Below are positions 40,466 through 50,547 of a stretch of 64,000 nucleotides of DNA, piece after piece (the first letter of the stretch is position 1; each line of letters starts with the position of its first letter). The notes under the pieces were generated by a model that was not told where the DNA came from, did no database searches, and saw only the letters and a program-made list of their open reading frames with translations. Source of the DNA: Candidatus Nealsonbacteria bacterium (GTDB taxonomy: Bacteria; Patescibacteriota; Minisyncoccia; Minisyncoccales; MHMH01); NCBI GenBank assembly GCA_016188865.1, contig JACPGX010000002.1:130398-194397 (forward strand), in the 5' to 3' direction. Made by a program: the position numbers and the translations under genes.

Positions 40466-42448
40466 ATGTTTTATCTACCCATCATTGTTTCTGTGTTCAC
40501 TTTAGTTTTCACCGGCTTTCTTGCTCGGCAAATAGCAAAAGCATCTTCGGGTGAAGGTAAAATGATTGCCATCTCCAAGTATATCAGGGAAGGCGCCATG
40601 GCTTATTTAAAGAGACAGTACAGAGCAGTTGCCATTGCCGCTGTTATTTTATTTATTTTGCTTTGGATATTACTGGGCTTTGGCACTGCCATCGGATTTT
40701 TATTGGGAGCTGTATTTTCAGCTTTAGCCGGCTTTGCCGGAATGGTTGTTTCAACCAACACCAATGTAAAAGTTGCCGAAATTGCCAAAAAAGGACTGGG
40801 GCCAGCCTTGGGCTTATCTTTCAGGGGCGGGGCGATAACCGGCTTTTTGGTAGCAGGGCTGGGGCTTTTATCTGTTTCCGGATTTTATCTTTTGACCCAA
40901 GATTTAAAATCTTTAATAGCCTTGGGCTTCGGAGCTTCTTTAATTTCAGTTTTCGCCCGGCTTGGCGGAGGAATTTACACTAAAGCAGCTGATGTAGGCG
41001 CTGATTTAGTCGGGAAAGTTGAAAAGGGTATTCCCGAAGACGACCCGAGAAATCCAGCGGTTATAGCCGATCAAGTGGGAGATAACGTGGGAGACTGCGC
41101 GGGCATGGCTGCTGATCTTTTTGAAACTTACGTAGTCAGTATGGCCGCAGCCATGATTTTAGGTGGAATTATTTTTACCGGCAACACGGCAGCCGTTCTT
41201 TTGCCGCTATTTCTTGGCGGAGTCGGCATGCTGTCTTCTATTTTCGGCAGTTTTTTTGTGCGTTTGCCAAAGAGCCAAGGCATTATGTCTGCCCTTTATA
41301 AAGGACTGCTTGTTTCTGCTTTGGTTTCTGCTTTTGGATTTATTTGGGTTGTCAGGAATTTTGCCCCTTCTTTAAATTTTTCTTTTTGGCAGATTTATTT
41401 GCCGGCTTTAATGGGCTTAGTATTAGCCGGAGGCATGTTTTTAATAACCGAATATTACACCTCAAAGAAATACAAGCCGGTAAGGTCCATTGCCGTAGCA
41501 TCGGAAACCGGCCATGCCACTAATATTATTACGGGACTGGCCATAAGCATGCAGTCAACCGCCTTGCCCGTTATTTTAATTTGTCTAAGCATTTTAGTCA
41601 GCTTTTGGGCGGCAGGTCTGATGGGGTTAGCTATAGCTGTAGTTTCTATGCTTTCTCTAGCTGGAATGATTGTGGCTTTAGACTCTTATGGCCCGATTAC
41701 TGACAATGCTTCAGGTATTGCTGAAATGGCAGGCCTGCCAGACGAAATCAGAAAAGTTACCGATACTCTTGATGCTGTAGGAAACACCACAAAAGCAGTT
41801 ACCAAGGCTTACGCCATTGCTTCAGCGGGATTGGCAGCTTTGGTTCTTTTTTCAGCTTACACCCAAGAACTTGCCAATTTGGGGGCCAAGGTTTTATTTT
41901 ACCTTGAAGACTACAAAGTGTTAGTGGGATTGTTAATCGGCGGTTTATTGCCGTATATATTTGGCGCCCAAGCAATGACAGCCGTAGCTAAGGCCGGCGG
42001 GAAAGTAGTGGAAGAAGTTAGGCGGCAATTTAAAGAAATTCCCGGCATAATGGAAGAAAAAGCCAAGCCGGAATACGGCAAATGCGTTGATATCGTCACT
42101 AAAGCCGCCTTAAAAGAAATGGTGTTTCCGGCATTAATTCCAGTGGTAACTCCCATTTTAGTCGGATTTATTTTAGGGCCTCAGGCCTTAGGCGGACTTT
42201 TAATCGGCTCGATTGTTACTGGTATTTTTGTGGCAATCTCTATGACCTCTGGTGGCGCTGCTTGGGACAATGCCAAAAAATATATCGAGGAAGGAAATTT
42301 AGGTGGCAAGGGTAGCCCGGCGCATCAAGCTGCAGTAACCGGAGACACCGTTGGCGATCCCTACAAAGATACAGCGGGGCCCGCCATCAATCCGATGATT
42401 AAAGTTTTAAATATCGTTGCTTTGTTAATCGTAGGATTTTTAGTGTAA
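40466..42448 (+). CDS. hppA: Membrane-bound proton/sodium-translocating pyrophosphatase
   Basis: [38 protein letters not shown]. Start set at MFYLPIIV. Confidence 0.9.
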   Translation: MFYLPIIVSVFTLVFTGFLARQIAKASSGEGKMIAISKYIREGAMAYLKRQYRAVAIAAVILFILLWILLGFGTAIGFLLGAVFSALAGFAGMVVSTNTNVKVAEIAKKGLGPALGLSFRGGAITGFLVAGLGLLSVSGFYLLTQDLKSLIALGFGASLISVFARLGGGIYTKAADVGADLVGKVEKGIPEDDPRNPAVIADQVGDNVGDCAGMAADLFETYVVSMAAAMILGGIIFTGNTAAVLLPLFLGGVGMLSSIFGSFFVRLPKSQGIMSALYKGLLVSALVSAFGFIWVVRNFAPSLNFSFWQIYLPALMGLVLAGGMFLITEYYTSKKYKPVRSIAVASETGHATNIITGLAISMQSTALPVILICLSILVSFWAAGLMGLAIAVVSMLSLAGMIVALDSYGPITDNASGIAEMAGLPDEIRKVTDTLDAVGNTTKAVTKAYAIASAGLAALVLFSAYTQELANLGAKVLFYLEDYKVLVGLLIGGLLPYIFGAQAMTAVAKAGGKVVEEVRRQFKEIPGIMEEKAKPEYGKCVDIVTKAALKEMVFPALIPVVTPILVGFILGPQALGGLLIGSIVTGIFVAISMTSGGAAWDNAKKYIEEGNLGGKGSPAHQAAVTGDTVGDPYKDTAGPAINPMIKVLNIVALLIVGFLV

Positions 42449-42457
42449 TATAAAAAT

Positions 42458-43042
42458 ATGAATCTCATTCCAACCGTTATAGAGAAGTCTCAATATGGTG
42501 AGAGGGCCTATGATATCTATTCCCGGCTCTTGAAAGAGAGGATAGTTTTTTTAGCAAGCCCCATTACTGATTCCGTGGCAAATTCAATTATTGCCCAGCT
42601 TTTGTTTTTGGCTTCAAAAGACGCTGATAAAGATATTCAGCTTTACATTAACACTCCGGGCGGTTCTGTTACTGCCGGTTTGGCAATTTACGACACTATG
42701 CAGTATATTAAATGTCCGGTTTCTACGGTTTGCGTAGGATTGGCAGCTTCCATGGGCGCTACCTTGTTGGCAGCCGGCGCCAAAGGCAAAAGGTTTGCCT
42801 TGCCAAATTCGCAGGTGATGATGCATCAGGTGGCCGGGGGAGTGACCGGCGAAGCTATAGAAATTGAAATTACGGCTAAGCAAATAATTAAAATCAAAGA
42901 AAAACTAAACAAGATTTTGGCCAAACATACCGGTCAGTCTCTTGAAAAAGTGGAAAGAGATACTGACCGCGATTTTTATCTTGATGCTCAAGAAGCCAAA
43001 GAATATGGCATTATCGACGAAGTGATTAAGACCAAAGAATAA
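42458..43042 (+). CDS. clpP: ATP-dependent Clp protease proteolytic subunit
   Basis: IPTVIE....[18 protein letters not shown], catalytic [12 protein letters not shown]. Confidence 0.95.
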   Translation: MNLIPTVIEKSQYGERAYDIYSRLLKERIVFLASPITDSVANSIIAQLLFLASKDADKDIQLYINTPGGSVTAGLAIYDTMQYIKCPVSTVCVGLAASMGATLLAAGAKGKRFALPNSQVMMHQVAGGVTGEAIEIEITAKQIIKIKEKLNKILAKHTGQSLEKVERDTDRDFYLDAQEAKEYGIIDEVIKTKE

Positions 43043-43082
43043 ATAATGGATATCGGATATCCATTATTTACCTCAGATTTCT

Positions 43083-43126
43083 TGGTTTACGAAACCCACT
43101 TAAATTTGAGAGGGTTTCGTAAACCA
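43083..43126. repeat. Double-hairpin palindromic element, copy 3 (different arms, same centre)
   Basis: TGGTTTACGAAACCC acttaaatttgaga GGGTTTCGTAAACCA. Confidence 0.8.
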
Positions 43127-43129
43127 CAA

Positions 43130-43155
43130 ATATCCCGCTTTACGGGATTTTTTAT
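43130..43155 (+). terminator. Intrinsic terminator after clpP
   Basis: ATCCCGctttaCGGGATtttttatttt. Confidence 0.7.
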
Positions 43156-43177
43156 TTTGTGCTAAAATATAATTAGC

Positions 43178-43423
43178 ATGGTCAAAAAAATTGTTATTTC
43201 TTTAATCGCAGCCATCGCCTTATTTTTGGTTTTGGCCGGAGTTGTTTTTTATATTATAAAATTCGGAGGGGAAAAACAGGGGCCGGTTACAGGAGAAAAA
43301 GAGCAAACCACAGAAGAAAAAATACAATCAATTACAGCTCCCGAAAGAACCGAGCCCATTCCTCTAGAAGAACAGCAGAGAATAGAAAAATTACTAAAGA
43401 GTGTTACGGCTCCGTTAAAATAA
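43178..43423 (+). CDS. Small single-pass membrane protein
   Basis: 81 aa with an N-terminal TM helix and an E/K/T-rich tail. Its stop abuts the next ATG. Confidence 0.5.
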   Translation: MVKKIVISLIAAIALFLVLAGVVFYIIKFGGEKQGPVTGEKEQTTEEKIQSITAPERTEPIPLEEQQRIEKLLKSVTAPLK

Positions 43424-44113
43424 ATGAATAAGCAAATCTCACCCAAAATTACAGCCCTAACTTTCGGGATTTTAGCCGTGGTTTTCCTGGCGGCTTTCTA
43501 TGTCGTTGCCTGGCGAGAGCCTTCTCAGGCTCCGCCCGGAGGGAATGTAGCGGCTCCCCTTAATGTTGGCCCCGCCGGCCAATCCAAAGAAGGCGGGCTG
43601 ATTATAAACACTGGAGGGGCTGCCAACGGCTTGATTATTGATAAGGGAAAATTATGTCTTGGCGCTGACTGCCGCAATACTTGGCCGTTAGAGGGCGGGC
43701 CAATCACCACCTATCATATATCTGTTGCTGTTTCTGAAAGCCAGGGAGAGGATTGCCCTGGTGGGCCCGATGATGAAGGTGTTTGCCAGCCTCCTTCCAC
43801 TATTTTTTCTACGAGAACTAAATCATTTACTTGCCTTAACGGTAGTATCCCCAGAATAATTTCAAGAACTACGGCAATATTTAATCCTTCTTCTGGGAAT
43901 GCTTGTGGGTACGCAATTGACTTATGCCCATACTCGATAAGCGGATCAACTATTTATTATTCTGCAAAAGTAGTGAGAAGCTTAGTGTATTATCCAAGCG
44001 GTGGAGTTTGCGAATTTGATCGATGTGATAGTTATGGGGGTGGTTGCTATTATTCTCAATCGGGGTGCGAGGTTCAATTCCAATGCGGACTAGAACAATG
44101 GGTCGGCGATTGA
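43424..44113 (+). CDS. N-terminally anchored surface protein, paralog 1 (Cys-rich C-terminus)
   Basis: MNKQISPKITAL..TM..AW.EPSQ.PPGGNVAAPLNVGPAGQSKEGGL shared with 44188-44829, followed by a unique C-terminus. Confidence 0.6.
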   Translation: MNKQISPKITALTFGILAVVFLAAFYVVAWREPSQAPPGGNVAAPLNVGPAGQSKEGGLIINTGGAANGLIIDKGKLCLGADCRNTWPLEGGPITTYHISVAVSESQGEDCPGGPDDEGVCQPPSTIFSTRTKSFTCLNGSIPRIISRTTAIFNPSSGNACGYAIDLCPYSISGSTIYYSAKVVRSLVYYPSGGVCEFDRCDSYGGGCYYSQSGCEVQFQCGLEQWVGD

Positions 44114-44187
44114 TTATCCACAAAATCAATTGAAGAAAAAGTTAAATATTTTTTCGATGCGTTATAATAAAATTGATGAAAAAATGG

Positions 44188-44829
44188 ATGAATAAGCAAA
44201 TTTCGCCAAAAATAACGGCTTTAAACTTCGGAATATTAACCATTGCTTTTCTGGCTGTTTTTTATGTTGTTGCCTGGACAGAACCCAGCCAAGTCCCGCC
44301 CGGAGGAAACGTGGCAGCTCCCCTTAACGTCGGCCCAGCCGGCCAGTCTAAAGAAGGCGGACTGATTTTAAACACCGGAGGAGCGGCGAATGGTTTAATT
44401 ATCGACAAGGGCGATTTAGATGTTACTTCTGGCGCTTATAAAAAGGGTGGGGCAGCCGGAGCTAGCGCGGTTTGTACTGCCAGCCAAGTTTTAAAGGGAG
44501 CGACTGTTTCAGGGGGCATTGTTACCGGGGGCTCCTGCGCAATGGATAACAACAGCGGCGGCACGATAACCGGCGTTACGGCCGGCGCCGGGCTTACTGG
44601 CGGAGGGACCAGTGGAACGGTAACGCTCGATTTAGGTACTCAAGTTAAAAATACGCGGACTACAAATAGTACCCTATATCTTAATATATACGGTAAATTA
44701 AATGGGCAGATACTTAGATGTTCGGCCGGGCAGTATGTCTGTGGTGTTGGTTTAGTTGATGCCGGTGATCCCAATGGTGGTAATTCTGGTGGTAACGGTT
44801 TGCTTCGAATAGAATGTTGCGGAAAATAA
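44188..44829 (+). CDS. N-terminally anchored surface protein, paralog 2 (Gly-rich, fibre-like C-terminus)
   Basis: Same ~75-aa N-terminal module, then GGTITGVTAGAGLTGGGTSGTVTLDL. The track start at 44173 is also possible. Confidence 0.6.
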   Translation: MNKQISPKITALNFGILTIAFLAVFYVVAWTEPSQVPPGGNVAAPLNVGPAGQSKEGGLILNTGGAANGLIIDKGDLDVTSGAYKKGGAAGASAVCTASQVLKGATVSGGIVTGGSCAMDNNSGGTITGVTAGAGLTGGGTSGTVTLDLGTQVKNTRTTNSTLYLNIYGKLNGQILRCSAGQYVCGVGLVDAGDPNGGNSGGNGLLRIECCGK

Positions 44830-44830
44830 A

Positions 44831-46069
44831 ATGAAAAAATTATTATTTTTTTTAATTATTATTTCAGCTGGTTTAGGTTTTTTGATAAATAAGGCAGAAG
44901 CCGGCACGGGGGATAATGTTTCCGGCTGGGCTTGGTCGGAAAACATCGGCTGGATAAATTTCAATGGGAGCAATTATGGAGTAACCATTAACTCCAACGG
45001 CAATTTTTCCGGCTACGCTTGGTCGGAAAATATCGGCTGGATTGACTTTGCGCCAGCCGGGCCATATCCCGCCTCGCCGAATTATTCCGCTTGTCTTGAT
45101 TTGCCCGGGGCCGGCCAAGCTTGCGACGGTATCGGCAATTATAATGTCGGCGGCTGGGCAAGAGTTTTGTCCTATGGCGGCGGCTGGGACGGCTGGATAA
45201 AATTAAGAGGAATCAATTACGGAATTTCAATAGACAAAAAAACGGGCGATTTTTCCGGCTATGCTTGGTCAGATATAGTTGTCGGCTGGATTAATTTTCA
45301 GGGAATAAATTATAAAGTTAAGACAACTTTTGCTTTTAATAGTCCGCCCGATAAGCCGACTAAGGTGGGGGACGGAGAAAGCTGGAATCATTGTTCTTAT
45401 CAAGGGAAAAGCATTACTACTTTTTCCTGGACATATTCAGACCCCGATTCAGATTTCCAGTCAGCTTATGAAATTGAGGTAGACGATAACAGTTCTTTTA
45501 ATGCTCCGAAGTTTAACCACCTAGTTAATTTAGCTGCCACTTCGTATGTTTTAGACCTTAGCCAAGATGATAATCTGGATTGGATTTCGCAATTAGCCTG
45601 GAATACCACTTATTTTTGGCGAGTCAGGGTTAAAGACAATCAAGGCAACTGGTCAGATTGGTCAAGTCCTGACAGCTTTCAGACGCCAAAGCACGCCTAT
45701 CCGTGGCCTGATTTCAATTTTACGCCTTTAGAGCCAACTCAAGGAGAAATAGTTGCATTTAATTCGGGCCTTAGCCAAGTTTACGGCGGCGCCGTTATTT
45801 CCAGCTATCTTTGGGCAATCACTCAAGGCGCGGGTCAATACGTTGACGGCACCAGCAATATTTCAGCCAATCCTCATATTATTTTTTCCACTCCAGCTAA
45901 TAAAATAAAATTGGCGGTGACGGATTCCGACGGATATTCTTGCCAAAGCTCGGAAAAGCCGGTTGCTGCCCAGCTTCCTTTGCCCGAATATAAAGAAGTG
46001 GCGCCGACCAGCTGGCTTCAAAAAATCTTTTTTTCTTTGACAAAATTCTGGAAATTTGCTACACTTTAA
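44831..46069 (+). CDS. Secreted protein with G(W/Y)AWS-N/D-IGWI-F repeats plus FN3/PKD-like C-terminal domains
   Basis: Signal peptide, then the repeats VSGWAWSENIGWINF, FSGYAWSENIGWIDF, FSGYAWSDIVVGWINF. Confidence 0.6.
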   Translation: MKKLLFFLIIISAGLGFLINKAEAGTGDNVSGWAWSENIGWINFNGSNYGVTINSNGNFSGYAWSENIGWIDFAPAGPYPASPNYSACLDLPGAGQACDGIGNYNVGGWARVLSYGGGWDGWIKLRGINYGISIDKKTGDFSGYAWSDIVVGWINFQGINYKVKTTFAFNSPPDKPTKVGDGESWNHCSYQGKSITTFSWTYSDPDSDFQSAYEIEVDDNSSFNAPKFNHLVNLAATSYVLDLSQDDNLDWISQLAWNTTYFWRVRVKDNQGNWSDWSSPDSFQTPKHAYPWPDFNFTPLEPTQGEIVAFNSGLSQVYGGAVISSYLWAITQGAGQYVDGTSNISANPHIIFSTPANKIKLAVTDSDGYSCQSSEKPVAAQLPLPEYKEVAPTSWLQKIFFSLTKFWKFATL

Positions 46070-46132
46070 TTAGATTTAAATTTTAATTTTGGATTTTTGG
46101 TATTATGATCAGCCAAATTTTCACCAAAACTT

Positions 46133-47662
46133 ATGAAAGAATTTATACCGCTTTTTGCGGCTATTTTAGCCTTAGCCGCGGGTTCTGTTTTGGGTTATTA
46201 TGCTCGCCAGTCAATCGCCAAGAAGCGCATTGGCACTATCGAGCAAAAGCTTCAGGAGAAGATTTCTCTAGCCCAGAAAGAGCATGACAGGCTTTTAATC
46301 GAAGCCAAAGAAAAAGCTCTAGCTTTTTCAGAAGAGGCCAAAAGAGAAGAGGCCCAATTTAGAAATCGTCTCCTAAAAACCGAACAGCTCTTGTTAAAAA
46401 GAGAGGATGTTTTGGACCAAAAAATTTCCGATTTAGACGCAAAAGAAAAAGATCTTCAGCAAAAATCAGACCAGTTGAAGAAGTCAGAGGAGACCTTGGG
46501 CAGCTTAAGGCAAGAAGCTATTGCGGGTTTGGAAAAAGTTGCAAAATTATCCAAGGAGGAGGCAAAAAAAGAATTATTGGCAAACTGCGAAAAAGAGTTT
46601 GAGCTGGAGATTTTGGAAAAAATGAAAAAACTTGAAGGAGAGGGGAGAGAAAAAATTAATAATCGCGCCAAAGAAATTATTGTTTCGGCTATTCAAAGAT
46701 TTGCTCTTTCGCAGGCTCAAGAAGTAACCACCACCACCGTTGCTCTGCCCAACGATGATATTAAAGGAAAAATTATCGGCAAAGAAGGCAGGAATATAAG
46801 GACTTTGGAAAAAATGACAGGCGTTGAGCTGGTGGTTGATGAAACTCCGGGAGCCGTAGTTATTTCCGGATTTGATCCCATTCGTAGGCATATAGCAAAG
46901 ATTAGCTTAGAAAAATTAGTGCAAGACGGCAGGATACAGCCTGCCAGGATTGAAGAAATCGTTCAGAAGACTCAAGAAGAGGTAGTGTCGCAAATTCAGG
47001 AAGCCGGGCAAGCGGCAATATACGATACAGGCATTGTCGGTTTAGACCCTAAAATTATTCAACTTTTAGGAAGATTGCGTTTTAGGACCAGTTACGGCCA
47101 GAATGTTTTGCTTCATTCAATTGAGGTGAGTCATTTGGCCGGAGCTCTGGCTGCAGAAATCGGAGCCAATGTAGCTGTGGCTAAAAAAGCCGGCCTCCTG
47201 CACGATATTGGCAAAGCAGTCGACCATCAAATTGAAGGTTCCCACGTTGATATAGGCATGAGAATACTGGAAAGATTTGGCGTAGAAAAAGAAGTTATTT
47301 TAGCCATGAAATCGCACCATGAAGATTATCCCGCAGAAACCACAGAAGCGTCTTTAGTGCAAGCCGCTGACCAGATTTCCGGCGCCAGGCCCGGGGCCAG
47401 AAAAGATACTCTGGAAAATTACTTAAAAAGATTGGGCGAGTTGGAGTCAATAGCCACCTCGTTTTCCGGAGTCGATAAGGCCTGGGCATTGCAAGCTGGC
47501 AGGGAAATAAGAGTGTTTGTTAAACCGGAATCGGTCGATGATTTGGGCGCCCAAAAAATGGCAAAAGAAATCGCTCAAAGAATTCAAAACGAACTAAAGT
47601 ATCCTGGAGAAATTAAAATTAATGTGATCAGGGAAAGCAGAGTCGTAGAATATGCTCGTTAA
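46133..47662 (+). CDS. rny: Ribonuclease Y
   Basis: N-terminal TM helix, coiled coil, KH (GKIIGKEGRNIRTLE), HD (LLHDIGKAVDH). Confidence 0.92.
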   Translation: MKEFIPLFAAILALAAGSVLGYYARQSIAKKRIGTIEQKLQEKISLAQKEHDRLLIEAKEKALAFSEEAKREEAQFRNRLLKTEQLLLKREDVLDQKISDLDAKEKDLQQKSDQLKKSEETLGSLRQEAIAGLEKVAKLSKEEAKKELLANCEKEFELEILEKMKKLEGEGREKINNRAKEIIVSAIQRFALSQAQEVTTTTVALPNDDIKGKIIGKEGRNIRTLEKMTGVELVVDETPGAVVISGFDPIRRHIAKISLEKLVQDGRIQPARIEEIVQKTQEEVVSQIQEAGQAAIYDTGIVGLDPKIIQLLGRLRFRTSYGQNVLLHSIEVSHLAGALAAEIGANVAVAKKAGLLHDIGKAVDHQIEGSHVDIGMRILERFGVEKEVILAMKSHHEDYPAETTEASLVQAADQISGARPGARKDTLENYLKRLGELESIATSFSGVDKAWALQAGREIRVFVKPESVDDLGAQKMAKEIAQRIQNELKYPGEIKINVIRESRVVEYAR

Positions 47663-47693
47663 AAAATACACCGGTTCAACCGGTGTATTTTTT
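47663..47693. terminator. Bidirectional terminator
   Basis: aaaaaaTACACCGGttcaaCCGGTGTAtttttt between convergent genes. Confidence 0.8.
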
Positions 47694-47695
47694 AG

Positions 47696-48226
47696 CTATT
47701 CAGAGCACGCTGTTTTAAGTTTTTCTTGAGTGACGAACCAAGTATGGAGATCGTAATGAGGGATTTCGTATCCGGGATGGCCTTTGGGCAGAAATCTGAT
47801 ATCTGCGCTTGCATACTTAAAGTAAAATAATGGGAATAGCAGCTCGCTTAGGGGGAGTAATTCTCCTTCTTTATTTTTGATCCTTAAATCACTCATTCTT
47901 TTTTCGTCATTGATTAGCGCTTCTTGGCTGACATGGTATTCAATGCCCACGACTTCTCCGGTTTTTTCCTCAACAATATAGTCTGGGCCGGTAAATGGCG
48001 AAGTGACATCGCCTGCTTCAGCGGGCCGAATAAAATGAGCTCCGTGTTCTCTAAAGCATGGAGAAACCTTTACCGCATCCTCCGGAAGCTGGGGGTTTGC
48101 TTGGGCCAACTCTTTTTCAACAGTGCTTTTTTCAAAGTAAATATTAGAATACCAGCCGATTAAAGTTCCAAGCAGGGCAAAAATAATAATAGCCGGAATA
48201 ATTTTTAAGTTCATGTTTGTTTGCAA
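47696..48226 (-). CDS. Hypothetical membrane-anchored protein
   Basis: 176 aa with an N-terminal TM helix. Confidence 0.5.
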   Translation of the reverse strand: MQTNMNLKIIPAIIIFALLGTLIGWYSNIYFEKSTVEKELAQANPQLPEDAVKVSPCFREHGAHFIRPAEAGDVTSPFTGPDYIVEEKTGEVVGIEYHVSQEALINDEKRMSDLRIKNKEGELLPLSELLFPLFYFKYASADIRFLPKGHPGYEIPHYDLHTWFVTQEKLKTACSE

Positions 48227-48277
48227 TTAGTTATTTTCGACCTTTGGCGTCTTTTGTGATATTATATCATAAAATAA

Positions 48278-50158
48278 ATGAAAATAGCGTTTTGGGAAAA
48301 TAAAAGAATTGATATTAGAAAAAAATTACTCATTGCCTTCCTCCTGCTGGTATTGGCGACAGCCGCAATTATTAATTTTTTGTGGCTTAATTCGTCGCAA
48401 AAAATTATAAAAGAAGGTATTCTTCGGCAGCAAAAAGAAAGAGCTGTTTCCGCAGGTTTTAGAATTGAGGAATTTATTAAAGCCAAAAAACGCAATTTTA
48501 TTTTAAGGTCGCAAAGCACAGCTTTTTTGGACAAGAATATAGAGCTAGCCAGAGTAGAGTTAGATTTAGTTTTGCTCCAAGATAAAGATATTGCCGAAAT
48601 ATCTTTTCTTGATATTACGGGAAAAGAATTGATTAGATTAGCTCCAGAGAAAGTTTTCCCCAAAGAAGAGCTTAGGGACAGAAGCGCTGACCCGGCTTTT
48701 ATTGTGCCCAGTTATCGTTTCGGCATAGAATATCTGGGCCCGGTTTATTTTAAGGGAGAGGAACCCTCCATAATAATCTCTGTTCCCGTAACTATTCCTA
48801 AAACCAGAAAAGAAGTAGAAGATATTACTACGGCGGAGCCCGAATTTTTCGGCCGTTTTCCCGGTGAAATCGTAGGAGTTATTGCCGCAGAAGTTTTTTT
48901 AGACGATGTGCTTAGGTCTGTTGCCGAAGTTGAGGTCGGCAAAGAAGGCTATGTTTATGTGATAGATGGAAAAGATACTCTTATAGCCCACCCCCAGCAT
49001 GATTTGGTGCATGGAGGAAAAGATGTGGGCGGCGCGGCTATAATCAAAAAATATCATGAAAAAATAACGGATAATAGGCATGTTTTTGGTATTTTTTCAG
49101 ATGAAGGTTTGAACGAATTGGGTAAAAAAGTGCTGGCAACTTTTTATCCCTTAGCCTCTTTGGGGTGGGGGGTTGTTGTGCAGCAGCCTGTTTCCGAGGT
49201 TTTCTCACCGATTGGAAGAATTCAGCTTTTTGTTTTATTATTGTCCCTCGGTATTTTAATCAGCGCTATTTTTCTTAGTCTTGTTGCTTCCGGAAAATTT
49301 ACCAAACCAATAATTGCTTTAATAGAGGGTGCCAAGAAAATCAGCGAAGAAGAATATGGATACAGGGTAAGGGTTGCAACCAATGACGAACTGCAAGACC
49401 TTGGCGAAACCTTCAATGTTATGGCAGAAAAGCTTGGCAAAATAAGGGAGCGCGAACGCTTAATTGTCCAAAGCAAATCTCAATTTATAGATATTGCCGC
49501 TCACCAGCTAAGGACTCCAACCTCATTCTTCAGATGGGCGCTAAGCGCTCTAGTGGGAGAAGGGATGGGGAAACTGAATAAAGAGCAGAAAAAAATATTG
49601 GAAAAAGTTAAGTCAGCCAACGATGACTTTATCAGTCTTATTAACAATCTTCTTAATATAAATCGCATTGAAGAGGGGAGTATTGGTTATATTTTTTCTT
49701 ATAGCAGGCCGGAAGATATTGTTTTGGAGGTAGTGGAGAAATTAAGGCCTCAAGCGGAAGAAAAAAATATCAAATACACCTATAATCCTCCCGATTCCGC
49801 CATTGAGCCAGTTTCAATGGACGCCGTCTTAATGAAAGTGGCAATTTATAATATTATTGACAATGCCATACACTATACCCCTTCGGGAGAAATATCGATT
49901 ACTTTAATAAAAAAACCCGATAGTTTTCAGGTTTCAGTAAAAGATACAGGGGTGGGCATTGCCAAAGATGAGCAGGAGAGAATATTCGGCAAATTTTTCA
50001 GGGCAGAAAATTCAAAGCTTTATACCGAAGGAGTCGGACTGGGGCTTTATTTAACCAAAGGCATAGTTGATAGGCACGGGGGCAAGATTTGGTTTGAATC
50101 AGAGAAGGGGATGGGCACCGCCTTCTTCATTGAGATTCCCTATACAAAACATTCTTAA
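48278..50158 (+). CDS. Sensor histidine kinase (extracytoplasmic Cache-like sensor, HAMP, HisKA, HATPase_c)
   Basis: Two TM helices flank a ~270-aa sensor domain. H-box AAHQLRTP; N/G boxes DNAIHYTP, DTGVGI, GLGLYL. Confidence 0.85.
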   Translation: MKIAFWENKRIDIRKKLLIAFLLLVLATAAIINFLWLNSSQKIIKEGILRQQKERAVSAGFRIEEFIKAKKRNFILRSQSTAFLDKNIELARVELDLVLLQDKDIAEISFLDITGKELIRLAPEKVFPKEELRDRSADPAFIVPSYRFGIEYLGPVYFKGEEPSIIISVPVTIPKTRKEVEDITTAEPEFFGRFPGEIVGVIAAEVFLDDVLRSVAEVEVGKEGYVYVIDGKDTLIAHPQHDLVHGGKDVGGAAIIKKYHEKITDNRHVFGIFSDEGLNELGKKVLATFYPLASLGWGVVVQQPVSEVFSPIGRIQLFVLLLSLGILISAIFLSLVASGKFTKPIIALIEGAKKISEEEYGYRVRVATNDELQDLGETFNVMAEKLGKIRERERLIVQSKSQFIDIAAHQLRTPTSFFRWALSALVGEGMGKLNKEQKKILEKVKSANDDFISLINNLLNINRIEEGSIGYIFSYSRPEDIVLEVVEKLRPQAEEKNIKYTYNPPDSAIEPVSMDAVLMKVAIYNIIDNAIHYTPSGEISITLIKKPDSFQVSVKDTGVGIAKDEQERIFGKFFRAENSKLYTEGVGLGLYLTKGIVDRHGGKIWFESEKGMGTAFFIEIPYTKHS

Positions 50159-50516
50159 CCTTTTGGATGATTTCATTAATATCGTAGTTGGCTTTTACCA
50201 TAAAATCTTCAGCGCCTAATTTTAGGCCTCGTTCAATTTCGTCTTTTTGGCCAAGGTTAGAAAGAATAATGACTCTTATATCCCGCAAAATCGGGTCGCT
50301 TTTTATTTTTTCTAAAAATTCAAATCCGTTCATTCCCGGCAGGATTAGGTCAAGCAGAACAAGCGACGGTTTTTCCTGTTTTATTTTTTCCAAGGCGGCT
50401 TTTGCATCTATTGCCAAATCAGTATCAAAGCCGGCTTTTGCGAGCTGTTTTACAAGAATATCGGCCAGGAACTCATCGTCTTCGACAATGAGGACTTTTT
50501 TATTTTCATTTGCCAT
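50127..50516 (-). CDS. Single-domain response regulator (receiver only)
   Basis: VLIVEDDEF...LVLLDLILPGMNGFE...K motif pattern. 3' end overlaps the kinase 3' end by 32 nt. Confidence 0.85.
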   Translation of the reverse strand: MANENKKVLIVEDDEFLADILVKQLAKAGFDTDLAIDAKAALEKIKQEKPSLVLLDLILPGMNGFEFLEKIKSDPILRDIRVIILSNLGQKDEIERGLKLGAEDFMVKANYDINEIIQKVKNVLYRESQ

Positions 50517-50547
50517 ATATTAATATTACCAGATTGTTTTCAAAAAA

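Noticed and set aside
43424-44829. Diversity-generating retroelement (template/variable repeat) interpretation of the two paralogs
   Set aside because: No reverse transcriptase is in the window. The shared segment is the N-terminal anchor rather than a C-terminal variable region. The DNA differences are spread over all four bases, largely at synonymous positions, rather than being adenine-specific.
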